From Azolla caroliniana (taxonomy: Eukaryota; Plantae; Polypodiophyta), in the NCBI GenBank assembly GCA_043228905.1, contig JBHGNT010000018.1, forward strand, positions 8,060,001 to 8,124,000: a stretch of DNA of 64,000 bases. Direction: 5' to 3'. Below the pieces are notes generated by a model that saw nothing but the letters and a program-made list of their open reading frames with translations, had not been told where the DNA came from and did not search any database. A program made the translations under genes and the position numbers. Positions 23,101 to 36,500 of the stretch are shown here, one piece after another (within the stretch, counting starts at the first letter, position 1; each line of letters starts with the position of its first letter).

Positions 23101-25866
23101 CTGGGGGCTTGCGCCGACCCTAAAAGAGAAGTTCATGGAGCCATTGGGCACGATCTCAGTGGCTATGATCAAGGCTTCTTCCTTTACCATGGCCTAGGCC
23201 TATTTGTGTGTCCCCTTCTTTTTGTTCTACAAGGATTTGATGATGAAGAACGAAGGGGATGAAATTTGAACCTGATGATACTTCCGCTTCTGCTCAACAG
23301 AAATCATATGGTTCTGATCTAAACCAAGTTTGGGTGCATTGTAGGTGTGGTGATCTGAGTTTCCTCCGAGGCTTGGCCGACTCCAGAGCCATGGATCTGG
23401 GACTGTGTGCAGAAGCAACTATGGATTCCCTCATATCTAGAGACAAGTACATTATTGTCGAGGAGATGGTGAGGAGACATGACGAGATCACATGAGAAGC
23501 TCGATCTGGAACGAAGAAGAATGACAGATCACAACAAACAGAGAAAGGGGGAAGAGCAAAAAGATACTCATCCTACTAAATCAAGAACCTTCCATAACAA
23601 CAAATCACCATTGAGAGAGTCTAAGCCCAAAGCTACAGTCTCTAACACTAACACTAACGCACACATAGGGAGGGAGAGATACGCATTAGTGATGGAGAGG
23701 GAGAGAGAGGGAGAGAGAGAGAGAGTGACTTCTTCTCAAGGGAGGCTCGTCGCACCAGGCATGCCAAAAGTGTTGTTGGGGTGGGGGGTGAAACCTAGAA
23801 TGGCTTCACCCCCCTCCCAAGGGGGTTATGTTAGAGAGAGAGCTAGAGAGAAAAACAAATACAAAATGACACAAAATGAGAGGGGGAAAATGTATATCTA
23901 TTACATACCCCATAAGGGGTTTATATAATACAAAATGTAATGGTAAATAATGACCGTTACAAAAGAGACGATCGTTACACTCTTGTCACATGCACATAAT
24001 TGTGCATGTGCTCACACATACTCATCCTCACACACTCATTTACTTTACACATACACATCAACCACATCATTACACATACCCTTATGCCTCCCCGTATATT
24101 CTTACGAGTAACACCGCCCTCCTTCTTCGGCCTTCAATCCATGTTGTTGGTCAAAGAAAACCATGTTCGAACAAGGAGCAATGCCTCGGAAGGCCACATG
24201 CTCTACACGCATTTGGACGGAGGAAGAGGACGTTGTCGTGTAAGAAGAGGCCGATTCAGCCAAGGACGAGGCGGACAAGGCCCGATTTACGAAAAAAACT
24301 CTCAATTACGGAAACAAAATAGAGGTCATCGAGGAACCTTCAGAAAAAGGGGGAGCCACCATTCCGGTTTGAGCCAACAAACCTCAATCGAATGCGGATA
24401 TTGCGGCAAAATCGGCCACCGTGAAGAAGAGTGCCGAAAGAAGATGCGTGAGTCGGCTTCCACTAGTCGACAACTCACCAATTACACCTCCGAATCCGAG
24501 TACGACGACTACGGTCGATTTTTCGTAATGAGACATAGAGCGAATTCTATGTCGGCCTCTACTTCTACTAGTGCCTCTGGTCCGGAAGATGTATGGTCCG
24601 TCGATTCCGGTGCCTCGAACCATATGACGTTGCATCAAGAATGGTTCTGAGAACTTCGAGAGCCGGACCGACCCGGCTATGTCGAAACCGTAGACAACAC
24701 TACACACCCGATTCAGCACATCGGCAATGTTCCATTCGAAGAAGAAGGTAAGAAAAATTACATTAAAAATCTCTTGCATGTACCAACTATCACGAGGAAT
24801 TTGGTCTCCGTCGGCCAAATTCTAGAGCATGGAATGCAAGTTCGATTTAATCAAGGCGGTTGCTTCATCGAAAAAGAGGGTCGACTCATCGCACGCAAAT
24901 GAAGAGAGGGCCGAATGTTCATTCTCGACTCGCACGAGATGAAATCGGCCATGTTCGCAAAAGGTATGAAAGTAGAGTTATGGCACAAGCGGATTGGCCA
25001 TATCAACCTTCAAAAGCTCAAGGTGATGCAATCGAAAGGAGTCGTCATCGGACTCCCGACCTTCAAAGAGAGAGATTGAAGGCGTATGTGTGGCTTGCCA
25101 ATTCGGGAAGCAACATCGGCATCCATTTTCGAAGGAGAGGCAAGGAATATTTCTCGGATGAGTTTACGGCGTATCTACGGAAAGAAGGAATTCGGCGAGA
25201 GTTTTCGTGTCAATATACACCACAACAAAACGGAGTGGCCGAACAAAAGAATCGGCACATCCTCGAAGTAGCACAAGCCATGATGAACGAAAAGCGCATG
25301 CCGAAGTTGTACTGCGTAGAAGCGGCTAACACGGCCATATACCTCATGAATCGGTGTACAACATCCGGTGTGCATGACCTCACGCTGCACGAGAAGTTTT
25401 TCGGAAAAGAAGTTGGACCTATCACATGTTCGGATATTCGGCTCCATTGCGTATGTGCACATCCCCGACGAAAAGTGACAAAAGCTCGACCCAAAGTCGG
25501 AGAAATGTATCCTCATCGGATACTCACTGGAGCAAAAGGGGTACAAGTGCTATAACCCCTCGACTCGAAAAGTTCGTGTAAGTCGAGACGTTGTTTTTGA
25601 CGAGTCTGCATCCTAGTACGCACCAGAGACAACTTCGACTCCGATTCCGCTCAACCCGGAATCCACCGAACAAGAGATAGAGGATGAAGATCTCCTTACA
25701 TGCATGTTTGAAGAAAGTCCGATCACGACCTAACTGAGCGGACTACAAGAGCCCCCGAGCGATCAAAGCACATCTTGGCCGAGTTCGAAGCTCGACAAAG
25801 GCAAGGCGAAAATGCCAGAGTATGAAGACGATCACTTCGACGGCAACAAATCGACTCACTCCCTCG
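20163..25866 (+). mobile_element. Copia family B element, 5' part (LTR 20163-20613, tRNA-iMet PBS, gag, PR, integrase), degenerate
   Basis: TGTTGAGAATCAAGCTCAACA start. PBS tggtatcaaagc at 20614. Gag from 20781, with CGYCGKIGH and VDSGASNH. Confidence 0.88.
21302..24113 (-). mobile_element. Non-autonomous LTR element (LARD/TRIM-like), LTRs 21302-21635 and 23771-24113
   Basis: Direct repeats with TG...CA termini. TSD CCGCA/CCGCC restores the host peptide ENPPSFF. tRNA-Arg-type PBS on the minus strand at 23749-23766 and a minus-strand TATA. No retroelement ORF inside. Confidence 0.9.
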
Positions 25867-28082
25867 ATTGGGGAACAAGGTCATCAGTGCGGAAGAACAA
25901 ACAACGTTTGTGATGGTGAAAAGCCTGCATATGCGAATGAGCAATATACAGAGAGAGAGAGAGGCACAAAAGAAACATTATATATCTCAATAGCAACAGT
26001 TACCAAATAACAACCACCTTTAACTAAAGGTTACAAAGTCACCTTATATAGTGACTATCTTACGGCCACTGCCCTTTATGCTATTTACAGAAATAGCCCA
26101 AACCTGGGCTATTCAAAAGGATAGTGTGAACACGGCCATTATACACTCATATTCGACACTCCCCTGTAATGGGCGTATACATGGGTTATACTAAACTTAC
26201 AGGTATATACAAGGTGGTCGGACAGATGGTTTTGTTCGAGTCGGACGGATTCGAAGACTGAAACCCGAACCGGCCGAGTCGAAAGAGCTGAAGCCAATCC
26301 TCAAAGAACCAATGTCTATTGTCCGAAACCATCCTGTGTTGTGTGTTCGACTTTAACCGGACCGATTTTTCGTTACACCCATCTTGTGCCGAAGGGATCG
26401 GAAACGATCTGCCGAAAAATACTTGGCCATTCCATCTGCGACATTATTGGTTGTGGATATCTTCTCGAGACCTATTTTCCCGAAAATGATGCAATCCTGA
26501 ACAAAGTGATATCGAACATCGATATGCTTGGAAGCGTTGTGGTGAACCGGATTCTTTGACAAAGCAACAACACCCTGACTATCGTTGTAGACAACTGGAG
26601 CCGAGTCGAAGTCGACTTGTCGAAACGTGTGCGCCAGCCGACCGAGCCATAAGGCTTCTTTTGCCGCGTCAGATGCGGCTACGTATTATGCTTCGGTCGT
26701 TGAGCTGGTTGTGCACTCCTGGAGTTTCGATTTCCACGAGATTGCTCCATTGCCGAATTTGAAGCAATATCCGGTTGTTGATTTCCGACTGTCCACACAG
26801 TCCGCGAAGTCCGAGTCGGTGTAATCGACTACGCCTGAGGTTGATTTTGGGCCAAACAGGATGTCGTGGTCTTTTGTGCCAGCTAGATATCTGAACACAT
26901 GCTTGACTCCGTTCCAGTGCGATCGGCCTGGGTTGTGCATGAATCTACTGATGACTCCTACGGCGTGAGAAATATCAGGTCGTGTCGCGAGCATCGCGTA
27001 CATAAGGGAGCCGACTGCCGGTGCATACGATACCGACTTCATATCTTCCCCCTTCGGACCGGATGTCGGGCAGTCTCGCTGAGATAGCCGAAGGTTAATG
27101 GGAAGCGGGATCGAAGCAGACTTGGCCGAGTGCATGCTGAAGCATTCCAAGACACGACCGATGTAGTCGGTTTGAGACAAGAAAAGTTGTCATTTATCGC
27201 GATGCCGACTAACCTTCATACCAAGTATGTGTCTTGCCAGACTGAGGTCCTTCATGGCAAACTTCAACAGTAGTTTCCGAACGAGTTCGGTGAGCTCTCC
27301 GGCATGTCGCCCGGAGAGTAGCATGTCGTCCACGTAAATGATGAGGAAGACGGGAGACCCGTCTTGAGCTGTTTTGGTGAAGAGACAGTGGTCCTCATCA
27401 CTCTTGGAGAAGCCGACCGACTCGATGAAGTCGTCGAACTTCTTGTACCACTGTCGGGGTGCCTGTTTCAGGCCGTATAAACTCTTCCTAAGTCGGTAGA
27501 GTAGATGTTCCTAGCCGGCTGCTCCATATAGATTTCCACCTGTACGTCACCGTGGAGGAATGTCGTTTTTACATCTAGTTGAATCAGCTCCAAGTTGTCG
27601 GCGGCCACGACACCGAGCATGAAACGAAGAGTTGTCATTTTCACCACTGGTGAAAAGATTTCGTCGAAGTCGACGCCATATTCTTATCGAAATCCCTTCG
27701 CAACTAATCTGGCCTTGTACTTTGGGTTGGTCGAGTCGGATGTCTCTTTTAGTCGATAGACCCACTTACATGGAAGAGCACGCCGATTCTTCGGTAATTT
27801 GACCAAGTCCCAAGTCTTGTTTGTGCGAATGGAGTGCATTTCCGACTCCATCGCCAAATGCCAGGTGGCGGAGTCGGCAGATGCCGATGCTTCTTTGTAA
27901 GACGTCGGTTCACTGGCGTCGGTAAAGAAAATTCCGGGAGAGTACCTTTCCGGAGGTTGCGACAGTCTCTCAGATCGCCGAGGTATGATTGGACTGGTCG
28001 CACCAGGTATGGGTGTCGGATGGTCGGAAGTCGAGCCATTCGGCTGTGCTAAATCGGTCGATTCAGGACGGGAGGTGTCGGT
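25867..28082 (-). mobile_element. Copia family A element, 3' part (RT-RNaseH, PPT, LTR ~25867-26158)
   Basis: Reverse-complement homologue of 1-1669. ORFs 26353-26562, 26686-27180 and 27684-28088. Confidence 0.92.
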
Positions 28083-28179
28083 TACCAATGAAACCGATCT
28101 CGTGTTGTGGGTTGGGCCTTCATGAAGGGTTTCGCCAATTCCGTTTTAATTGAAGACACATCACGGATAACTCCATCCG

Positions 28180-28500
28180 ATTGCCGGTTTCTTCAGTTCC
28201 GTTTTAATTACCGGCTGGTTCCGGTTTGCTTTCCAACTCCGGTTTGCTTTTCGGCTTACCGATCGGTTCCAATTTGCTTTCCAGCCGGTTCCGGTTTGCT
28301 TTTCAGCCAGTTTCAGTTTGCTTAACGGCTGGTTCTGGTTTGCTTGTCATCTAATTTCGGTTTGCTTACTGGTCAGTTCCAATTTGGTTTCCGGCTTACC
28401 GACTGGTTCCAACTTGCTTACTGGCCGGTTCCAGTTTGCTTACCGACCAGTTCCAATTTGGTTTCCAGCTTACGAACCGGTTCTATTTAATTGCCAGTCG
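28180..28500. repeat. Degenerate tandem array of ~21-22-bp units (ggttccrrtttgctt core)
   Basis: Recurring ccggtttgctt / ggttccaatttg motifs. Confidence 0.7.
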
Positions 28501-28639
28501 GTTTTGGGAACTTGGCCACATTCATTCATCTAGACAAAGTGGCCAAAGTTCTCTTAGCACAAATGAAAAATAAGGGATCTCAATGTGCTTATATAGCCAG
28601 GGCCTTGAATTTCCTATCTATGTGGGATAAATTTGATTA

Positions 28640-30689
28640 CTATAATTTTTCGTCAATGCTCAAGACAGAATTGTCAAAAGCTTCGAATTCAAATTTCCAT
28701 TCTATCTCTTCTCTCGAAGATCTTGATTCTTTTTCCGGCAAGTGGGCAAGTGGTGTACCATCTAGTTTTGCTAAATGATATGTTGCATTATCTTCCACTT
28801 TGTTCACCACATATGGTCCAAACCATCGTTGTGAAAATTTTCGAGTTGTACTATGTTGGTTGTCTAGGCTACTGTCATAGACCAGCACCCAATCTCCTTC
28901 AACGATTTTCCTCGGACGAAGTCGATGTCGTTTGTCGAAGTCTTTCTTGTTCTTCAACCTTGCATTCTTGAGCCATTCTTTAGCCATATCTATATCTTCC
29001 AACTTCCGCTCCAACTGTCTAATCCTCAATCCTAGAAGATCTTCTCTACTTATCTCATCTTGCCATGGAAATGCAAACCATGAAACAATACTTTGTTCTA
29101 CCAGCATTATCGGTTTTTGTCCGAATATGAGCTCTGCTAGCATGTATCCCATCATCGTGTTGTGAGTAGTCCTATCAGCCCATAGTGCAAATGGCAATAA
29201 TCGTGGCCATTCTCCTATTTTCCCATGGCAAGCTTTCAATAGAGCCTTCACAATCAGTCCATGGCCACGTTCCACTTTCCCATTTGCTTCCAGATTATAC
29301 ACCGTGGTAAGAGATAATTTGATTCCCATCTTAGAGAAGAATTCTCTAGCTTCATTGGCGTCTAGCTCACCTCTATTAGCCACTATCTTGCCGATGCATC
29401 CATATCTGCAAATAACATCTTCAAGAAGGAATCGGCATACCGATGATGTCTCCTTAGTTCTCAATGCTCGCCCTTCAACTTGATTGGTAAGATCCTCTCT
29501 CGCGAGCACAAGATACTTCATCTGCCATCGCCCCATTGGCATCATCATGATGTCCACCATCCACTTGTAATGCATAGCCAACATGTAAGTCGGATGAAGT
29601 TCATCTCGATGGCGAATATTCGAAAACATATGACATTCCTTACATGTTTCCACATAAGCTACTACATCTTTGTAGATGCCCGGCCACCAATATTTCTCCT
29701 TAAGCTTCGCAAACGTAGCCCATATTCCTCGATGGCCTGCAAAAACACTATCATGAAATTCGGACATTAGTTTTTGTTCTAGCTTTCAGACAACTCTCAT
29801 TGGAGTCCCATTCTTCCTTTTTGCATGCCTCCAAAGAGCTCCATCCTGAAGGAAATACTTGTATGCCTTCTTCCGAATTCGATGGAAGTCTTCTGTCGAC
29901 CATGCTTCATCTTTTTGGAGAGAACTCAAGTATTTCCCGATCTCCACGAATTCGCCTTCGTAATCCTCTTCTATGAAAGTAGTCAGCACTCGAGCATAGG
30001 AACTTGTAAAGAAATCCAAGCCAACATCCTCTTCATCAAAATGTCGATCTTCTTCTCCGTCGTATCTCGCTCGTGATAGCATATCTGCAACGACATTACG
30101 CTTCCCAGCTACATGACGGATCTCCGGGTTTCATACCAACGCAACATGGCAATATCTGGTGTATTACAACCAGATATCATACCCAAATTTGGTAGGCAAT
30201 CTGTCTCAATTATGACTTCTGCTCCTATAAGGTAATCACGATCAGATTTGATTGCCGAGACGATTCCCCATAGCTCCCTCTTCACTTGGGCATACCTTCT
30301 TTGCTTGTCACTTAACACTTTCGCGCCAAACCGAATTGCATATTGGTTGCAATCTTCATCTTCTTGGTTGATAACCTATCCGATTCCGATTGGACTAGTA
30401 TCCACGGTCACGAAAATGGGCTTGCCGTATGAATAGTCTGCTTTCCGTAATGCAGGTGCCTCCATCAATAATTTCTTCGGCCTTCGGATGGTGATTGTAT
30501 GCTCACTTGTCCATTCGAACCTCCGCTTCTTCTTTAGTAGACCATATAATGGCTCAGCAATGTGGGCGTAGTGTGGAATCCAAATATGATAAAATGCACA
30601 TGCTCCAAGGAACCTTCGAACCTCCATTTGGATTACGCATTCTTCTTTCATGTCTTGGATTGCATTCACCTTGGATGGCAAAGGCTTCC
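28640..30689 (-). pseudogene. Gypsy pol fragment (RT end, RNase H, integrase), same lineage as 49371-56434
   Basis: VRRFLGAC, VDTSP, LAREDLTNQVEGRAL and WFGPY motifs shared with 53578-55500. Confidence 0.92.
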
Positions 30690-31428
30690 TGTCGAATACG
30701 AGTGTATAATGGCCGTATTCACACTGTCCTTTTGGATAGCCCAAGTTTGGGCTATTTCTGTAAATAGCATAAACGGCAGTTGCCCTAAGATAATCACTAT
30801 ATAAAGTGACTTTGTAACCTTTAGTTAAAGGTGGTTGTTATTTTGTAACTGTTGCTATTGAGAAATATAATGTTTCTTTTGCTCTCTCTCTCTCTCTCTC
30901 TCTCTCGCTCCCTCTCTCTCTAGGCGTTGCGTTGCTCTAACGGCTCTCTCTGCCGTTGCGTTGTTGTCGCTGTCGTCGCCGTCGCCGTCACCGTCGTCGT
31001 CGTCTGCAGTCGTTGTCTGCAGCCGTTGCAACCGTTGCCGTCTGCTCTCTCTCTCTCTCGCTCGCTTCCTCGTCTCTCTCTATCGCCGGCTAGTGTCGTC
31101 GCCGTCACCGTCTGCCACCGTCTGCAGCCGTCTTCTACAATCTGCAGTCGTCTACCGTCTTCTGCCGTCTGTTGCCGCCATCTGCCGTCTGTTGCCGCCG
31201 TCGGCCGTCTTTTGACGATTGCCACCGTCACCGTCGCCGTCACGGGGTGTTTTCTTCTCCATTTTCTCTTGATGGGGTGAAGTGCCTTTTTCTTGACGAG
31301 TTCGTGGGGGGGTTCTTTTGGTGTGCTCGTCGCGTGCTACAAAATGCCGATGTGATTGCGACACACACACAAACTTGGCTAAGTCTCGAACCCATTTATT
31401 TTACCTTTTTTTTCTTATTGACACCACA

Positions 31429-32241
31429 ATGACGTCTAGACGGACTAAGGAACTTAAGGATATACAAGACGAGGCTATAAGTAAGGAGGATTTTTTAGAT
31501 ATGTTTAATCGTTTAACAAAAATAGAGATGGATATGAAAAAATGGGTGAAAGACACCGAAACCCACAAGAAAAAAGATAGAGAGGAAAAAGACGCCCTCA
31601 AGGCCGAAATAGAACAACTTAAAGTAGAAAACATTGACCTTAAAAAACAACTTAAGGACATCGAGGTATCTCGAGAAGACGGTGAAATATCCTCTATAGA
31701 GGATATAAAGGACGAAATTAAAAAAGTTAAAGAGGAAGTTAATAATAACATAGAGTTAGCTAAAACGGGTTGGGTAGATGTGGTTAAAAGAAACATTAAA
31801 AAAGAAATAAAAGATGAAAATATTGTTAATACCACCCTTGAAGAAGAGAAAATGCGTCAGGCCCGACGCTTAAATGTACGTGTCACTGGGCTCAAGGAAG
31901 GTGCATCCCCAAATGAGGACGCACAAACACTTGGGAAAATGTTAGGGTACACAGAGGCCCTACCTATCACCAAAGCATGGAGGGCCGGGCGTGACACAAC
32001 TAGGAAGAGAGCCTTAGTCCTTCAATTTAAAGACTTAGACTCTAGAATCACTTTCTTTAAGAAGAGACCAATCCTTCGAGGAATGGATGGGGACCCCATC
32101 TATCTCGATGAAGACCTCACTAAGATGCAAATTGAGCATCGCAAGAGTTGTATGCCACGAGTTATGCAAGCTCGTAAAGAAGGCCATCGCGCCTTTTACC
32201 GAGACGGGCGAGTGATCAGAAATGATCGCACTACTAACTGA
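31429..32241 (+). CDS. LINE ORF1 (coiled coil plus RRM-like domain)
   Basis: Heptad-rich N-terminus, RRLNVRVTGLKE and IYLDEDLT motifs typical of LINE ORF1. Confidence 0.85.
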   Translation: MTSRRTKELKDIQDEAISKEDFLDMFNRLTKIEMDMKKWVKDTETHKKKDREEKDALKAEIEQLKVENIDLKKQLKDIEVSREDGEISSIEDIKDEIKKVKEEVNNNIELAKTGWVDVVKRNIKKEIKDENIVNTTLEEEKMRQARRLNVRVTGLKEGASPNEDAQTLGKMLGYTEALPITKAWRAGRDTTRKRALVLQFKDLDSRITFFKKRPILRGMDGDPIYLDEDLTKMQIEHRKSCMPRVMQARKEGHRAFYRDGRVIRNDRTTN

Positions 32242-33595
32242 CGGCGTGTGGCCCATGTGACAGAAAATGCACTTAGGATGACCCTATGGAATTGTAATGG
32301 CGCACTCTGGGCACACCCCGGCCGCCTAGAGGAGATACTAAAGGTATCTGATATACTTTTCTTGGTAGAAACACATCAGAGCCCAAATAGAGGACTCCCA
32401 CGGGTCGAAGGATTCCGTTGGGAGTCCGCTTTTAGACAAACCTCACGTCGACACACTACTAGGGGATCTGGAGGTGTCGCGATACTATTTCGTAGAGAGC
32501 TACATAATAGGATAGAAATAATGAAGATAGACCCAAAAGCTCGTTTTATGTGGGTGAAAGTCTCCACAAGCAAAGACCATGCAGTATTTTTCGCCATTTG
32601 TTACTTTCCCCCAAAAGGATCCCGTTATAATATTAGTGGCTTGACGAGATTAGTCGATGAAGGAATGCCACATGGGCCTTCTCCATACGAACCCCTATCG
32701 GATGACATAATCCGATATTCTTCCCAAGGAGAAGTATTTCTTGTAGGAGACTTCAATGCGAGAACCCAATCCCGACAATGCACAGTATTTCAGATGAATA
32801 GAAACCTAGAAATGGTAAATGTTGATCCTTTAGACATAGGCACCACACGTAGATCAAAGGATCAAGGTGCGGACGCCACGAGCTTTGGCCATCATCTGCT
32901 CGAACTTGGCAGTCGGCACCAGATGGTCATATATAATGGTTTAGCTAAGTGGTCGGGCTCGGAAGAGCTCACATGTTTCCCACATGGAGGAGGGGAAAGC
33001 ACAGTTGACTATCTAATAGGGCGCCCGGAAGCTACCCACATGATTAACTCCTTCCGAGTGGCCCCATGCCCTATTGGCGCAGACCATAGTTTCTTATACT
33101 TCGAGCTAAAATGTGATATCTCTAAGGTCACCAAGTCTAGTCAACCATGCCATCACACCACAATACATTTCACACATGAGCTCTCTGACATATACTCTCA
33201 ACATGTTCAGGCCCATCTCCCCTCCATTGATCCCTCCCTACCGTTAGAAAGCCTTAGCACAAAACTCACACACATCCTTCACTCCGCAGCAGCTAGCAGT
33301 TTCCCATATACAAAACACTCAAATCAAGGTAGATCAAGATCAATGCCACAAAATAAATGGTATGACGAGGATTGTAGGGACCTACATAGACAACTTACAG
33401 TATCGCAACTCAATGGTAGTATTACCTCCATACAAGCTCGCAAAGAAATGCGTAAGATGACACGTCGTAAGAGACGAGCGTGGGAGGCATCCCAATACTG
33501 GGAACTCTACCATATGCTCATGAGTAGCGATTGCGCCACGGCATGGAAGAGACTACGGGAGCCAAGACCACAAACACCCATCGAAGATCCCGAAA

Positions 33596-36500
33596 TGTAA
33601 GTAATAGACGCTTCTATTTCCCTTCACCACTCAGCCACAACCGAGTAAGCGCGAATCGATGGAGCAGAAAATAGGAACCAACAGTGAGAAACAAAACGCG
33701 GGTACACAGGGATTAACGTGGAAAACCCTAGACGGGAAAAACCACGGGAGTACAAGACTCCAAATCAACACTATACAGAGAAGTATACAATGGCGAGCTA
33801 CAAGGCGACGACCTTAAGCTCGCTGTCCTCGCCACAGGCGGCGGAAATACACAGAGGCGTCTACCTCTTCCTCTCTCGCGCTCTATCTCTCTCTCTCTCT
33901 CTCTCTCTCACGGCTGCTCACACTTCACTCCTCTTGAGTGGAAAAACAGAAAAATGAGAAGCGACACTAAAACAGTTTGCCCTAAGTCATATTTATACTC
34001 ATATGACTTTGGGCTATTTACAACTGTAGCCTCAGGGGCCCATAGCGAACATATTCACGGATATGTCCCTGCATCCGGATCGCTCTCCGGGTACATTCGT
34101 CATCCGATACCGAAACCGGGGTCTTCGTCATCCGGATCCGGAACCGAAACCGGATCCGACCATCCCATCCGAAGGGACCGTAATCCCAACAAACTCCCCC
34201 TTCACTTCGGCATGGGATGTCTCTCCAATCCGATCCTCTTCCGGCATGCTTCCAGCTTGTCGGGTGTGAGCACCTTGGTCAGCATATCCGACCCGTTCTC
34301 GTCCGTGTGGATCTTCGTCAGCACGAACTCCTTGTCTTCTATCCTTTCCCGGATCCAGTGATATCTTCGCTGGATGTGCTTCGTCCGGGAGTGATAGGCC
34401 GCGTTCTTTGCAAGGTGGATTGCACTCTGACTGTCGCAGTAGAGTCGGTACTCCTTCTGCCGGATACCGAGCTCTCCAATGAAGTCCTTCATCCATATTA
34501 TTTCCTTGCCGGCTTCAACAGCCGCCATGTACTCCGCCTCCGTGGTTGACAGCGCAACCGTCTTCTGCAGCCTCGACTGCCATGAAACAGCTCCCCCTGC
34601 ATACGTCATCACATACCCTGATGTGGACCGGCTGGTATCTGCATCAGCCGACATATCCGAATCGGTAAAGCCGTCGAGTTCGGGCTTTCCGGAGCCGAAT
34701 CGGAGGCACACGTTTGCTGTGCCCTTCAGGTATCGGAGTATCCACTTGGCCGCGTTCCAATGCTCTTTACCGGGATTGCTCATGTACCGGCTCACCACTC
34801 CGACTGCATATCCGATGTCCGGTCTCGTACACACCATGGCGTACATCAAGCTCCCGACGGCTGAGGCATACGGCACTTTCTTCATATCCTCCTTTTCAGC
34901 CTTTGTCTTGGGACTTTGCTTGCTGGACAGCTTGCAGTTTGTCGGGAGGGACGATCCGACCGGTCTCGCTTCCGACATGTTGAACCGGTGAAGCACCTTC
35001 GTCACGTACTTCTCCTGTGACAGCCACAACTGCTTCTTCTTCCGGTCCCGGATGATGTGCATCCCTAGTATTTGTCTCGCCGGACCCAGGTCCTTCATTG
35101 AGAAGGTTCGGTGAAGAGCCTTCTTCAGCATCCGTATCTTGACCTGGTCCCGTCCGACGATCAACATGTCGTCCACGTACAGGAGGAGTATTAGAGAGTC
35201 TCCTCCTTCGAACTTCTTCACAAACACGCAGTGGTCGGACTGCGTTTTGAGGTACCCTTCGTCGGTCATGAAGGAGTCGAACTTCCGGTACCATTGCCGG
35301 GGAGCCTGCTTCAGTCCGTAAAGGCTCTTCTTCAACCGGCATACCAGGTGCTCCTTCCCTTTCTTCTCGAATCCTTCCGGTTGCTGCATGTAGATCTCTT
35401 CTTCGAGGTCACCGTGAAGGAATGCCGTCTTCACGTCCATCTGTTCTACCTCGAGGTCCATGCTTGCCGCTATGCTCAGCACCGTCCGGATGGAGGTCAT
35501 CTTCACTACCGGGGCAAATATCTCGTCGAAGTCGACGCCCTTCTTCTGCTGAAACCCCTTCACCACGATCCTGGCTTTGTATCTCGGGGGGTTTCCGGCA
35601 TCTCCCGGTTTCAGCTTGAACACCCACTTGTTACGGAGTGCCCGTTTTCCTTTCGGCAACTCCACAAGTTCATATGTGTGGTTCTCATGCAGGGAATCCA
35701 TCTCGTCCTGCATGGCACTCAACCACCTGCGGCTCTGGGTGTCATGCTTTGCTTCTTCAAAGCTCTCCGGCTCCCCTTCGTCGGTTAGCAGCACGTGCTC
35801 TGGTTCCGGAAATCTCCGGGGGGCCCTTCTCTCTCTTAGAGGATATCTCCGTTCCGGAGCTTCGGTAACCGGTTCTTCCGATTCTTCTTCTTCATCCGAA
35901 TCCATTTCGGGATCGGGAACGGTTCCGGTATCATTTTCATCTTCCTCGGCCGGTTCTCTTTCTTCACCGTCTTCGGCCGGATCCTCGAGTGCTAACCGGT
36001 CCCTTGCCGGTCGGGACTGCTCCTCGTAGAGTTGATCCTCACTGGTCGACTTGGAGCTCTTCATCTTTTTCTCCGACTCCCAGTCGGCGAGTGTCTTGTC
36101 CTCCATGAAGATGATGTCTCGACTCCTGAATATCTTCTTGTCGACCAGGTCCCATACTCGGTAGCCGAACTCGTCGTCGCCGTAACCGAGGAATATGCAT
36201 GGCCGGGTCTTCGGATCTAGCTTTCCTCTCCGGTCCTTTGCCACGTGCACGTATGCGAGACACCCGAACACCTTCAGATGCCGGTAGGATACTTCCCTAC
36301 CGGTCCACACTCTCTGCGGCGTGTCTCCGTCCAAAGGTACTGAGGGTGATCGGTTTATCACATATGTCGTCGTCGACATTGCCTCAGCCCAAAACCCCTT
36401 GGGTAATTTCGCATGCGCCAGCATACTCCGAACCCTCTCCATTATGGTCCGGTTCATCCTCTCGGCCAGCCCGTTCAGTTCCGGCGTCTTCGGCACAGTA

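Noticed and set aside
23268-23315. Hammerhead-like GAAC-CTGATGA...GAAA...GTTC in the non-autonomous element (possible retrozyme)
   Set aside because: Stem II and stem III cannot be formed, there is no properly placed NUH cleavage triplet, and it is not in the LTR.
21900-23700. Captured host gene inside the non-autonomous element
   Set aside because: Only short low-complexity ORFs with no recognisable domain. A decayed capture cannot be excluded without a BLASTX search.
28180-28500. CRISPR-like array
   Set aside because: Units are degenerate and adjacent with no unique spacers, there are no cas genes, and the context is eukaryotic TE sequence.
30920-31280. Ala/Val/Cys- or Thr/Arg-rich ORFs
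   Set aside because: They are translations of the low-complexity GCC/GTC 5' UTR of the LINE.
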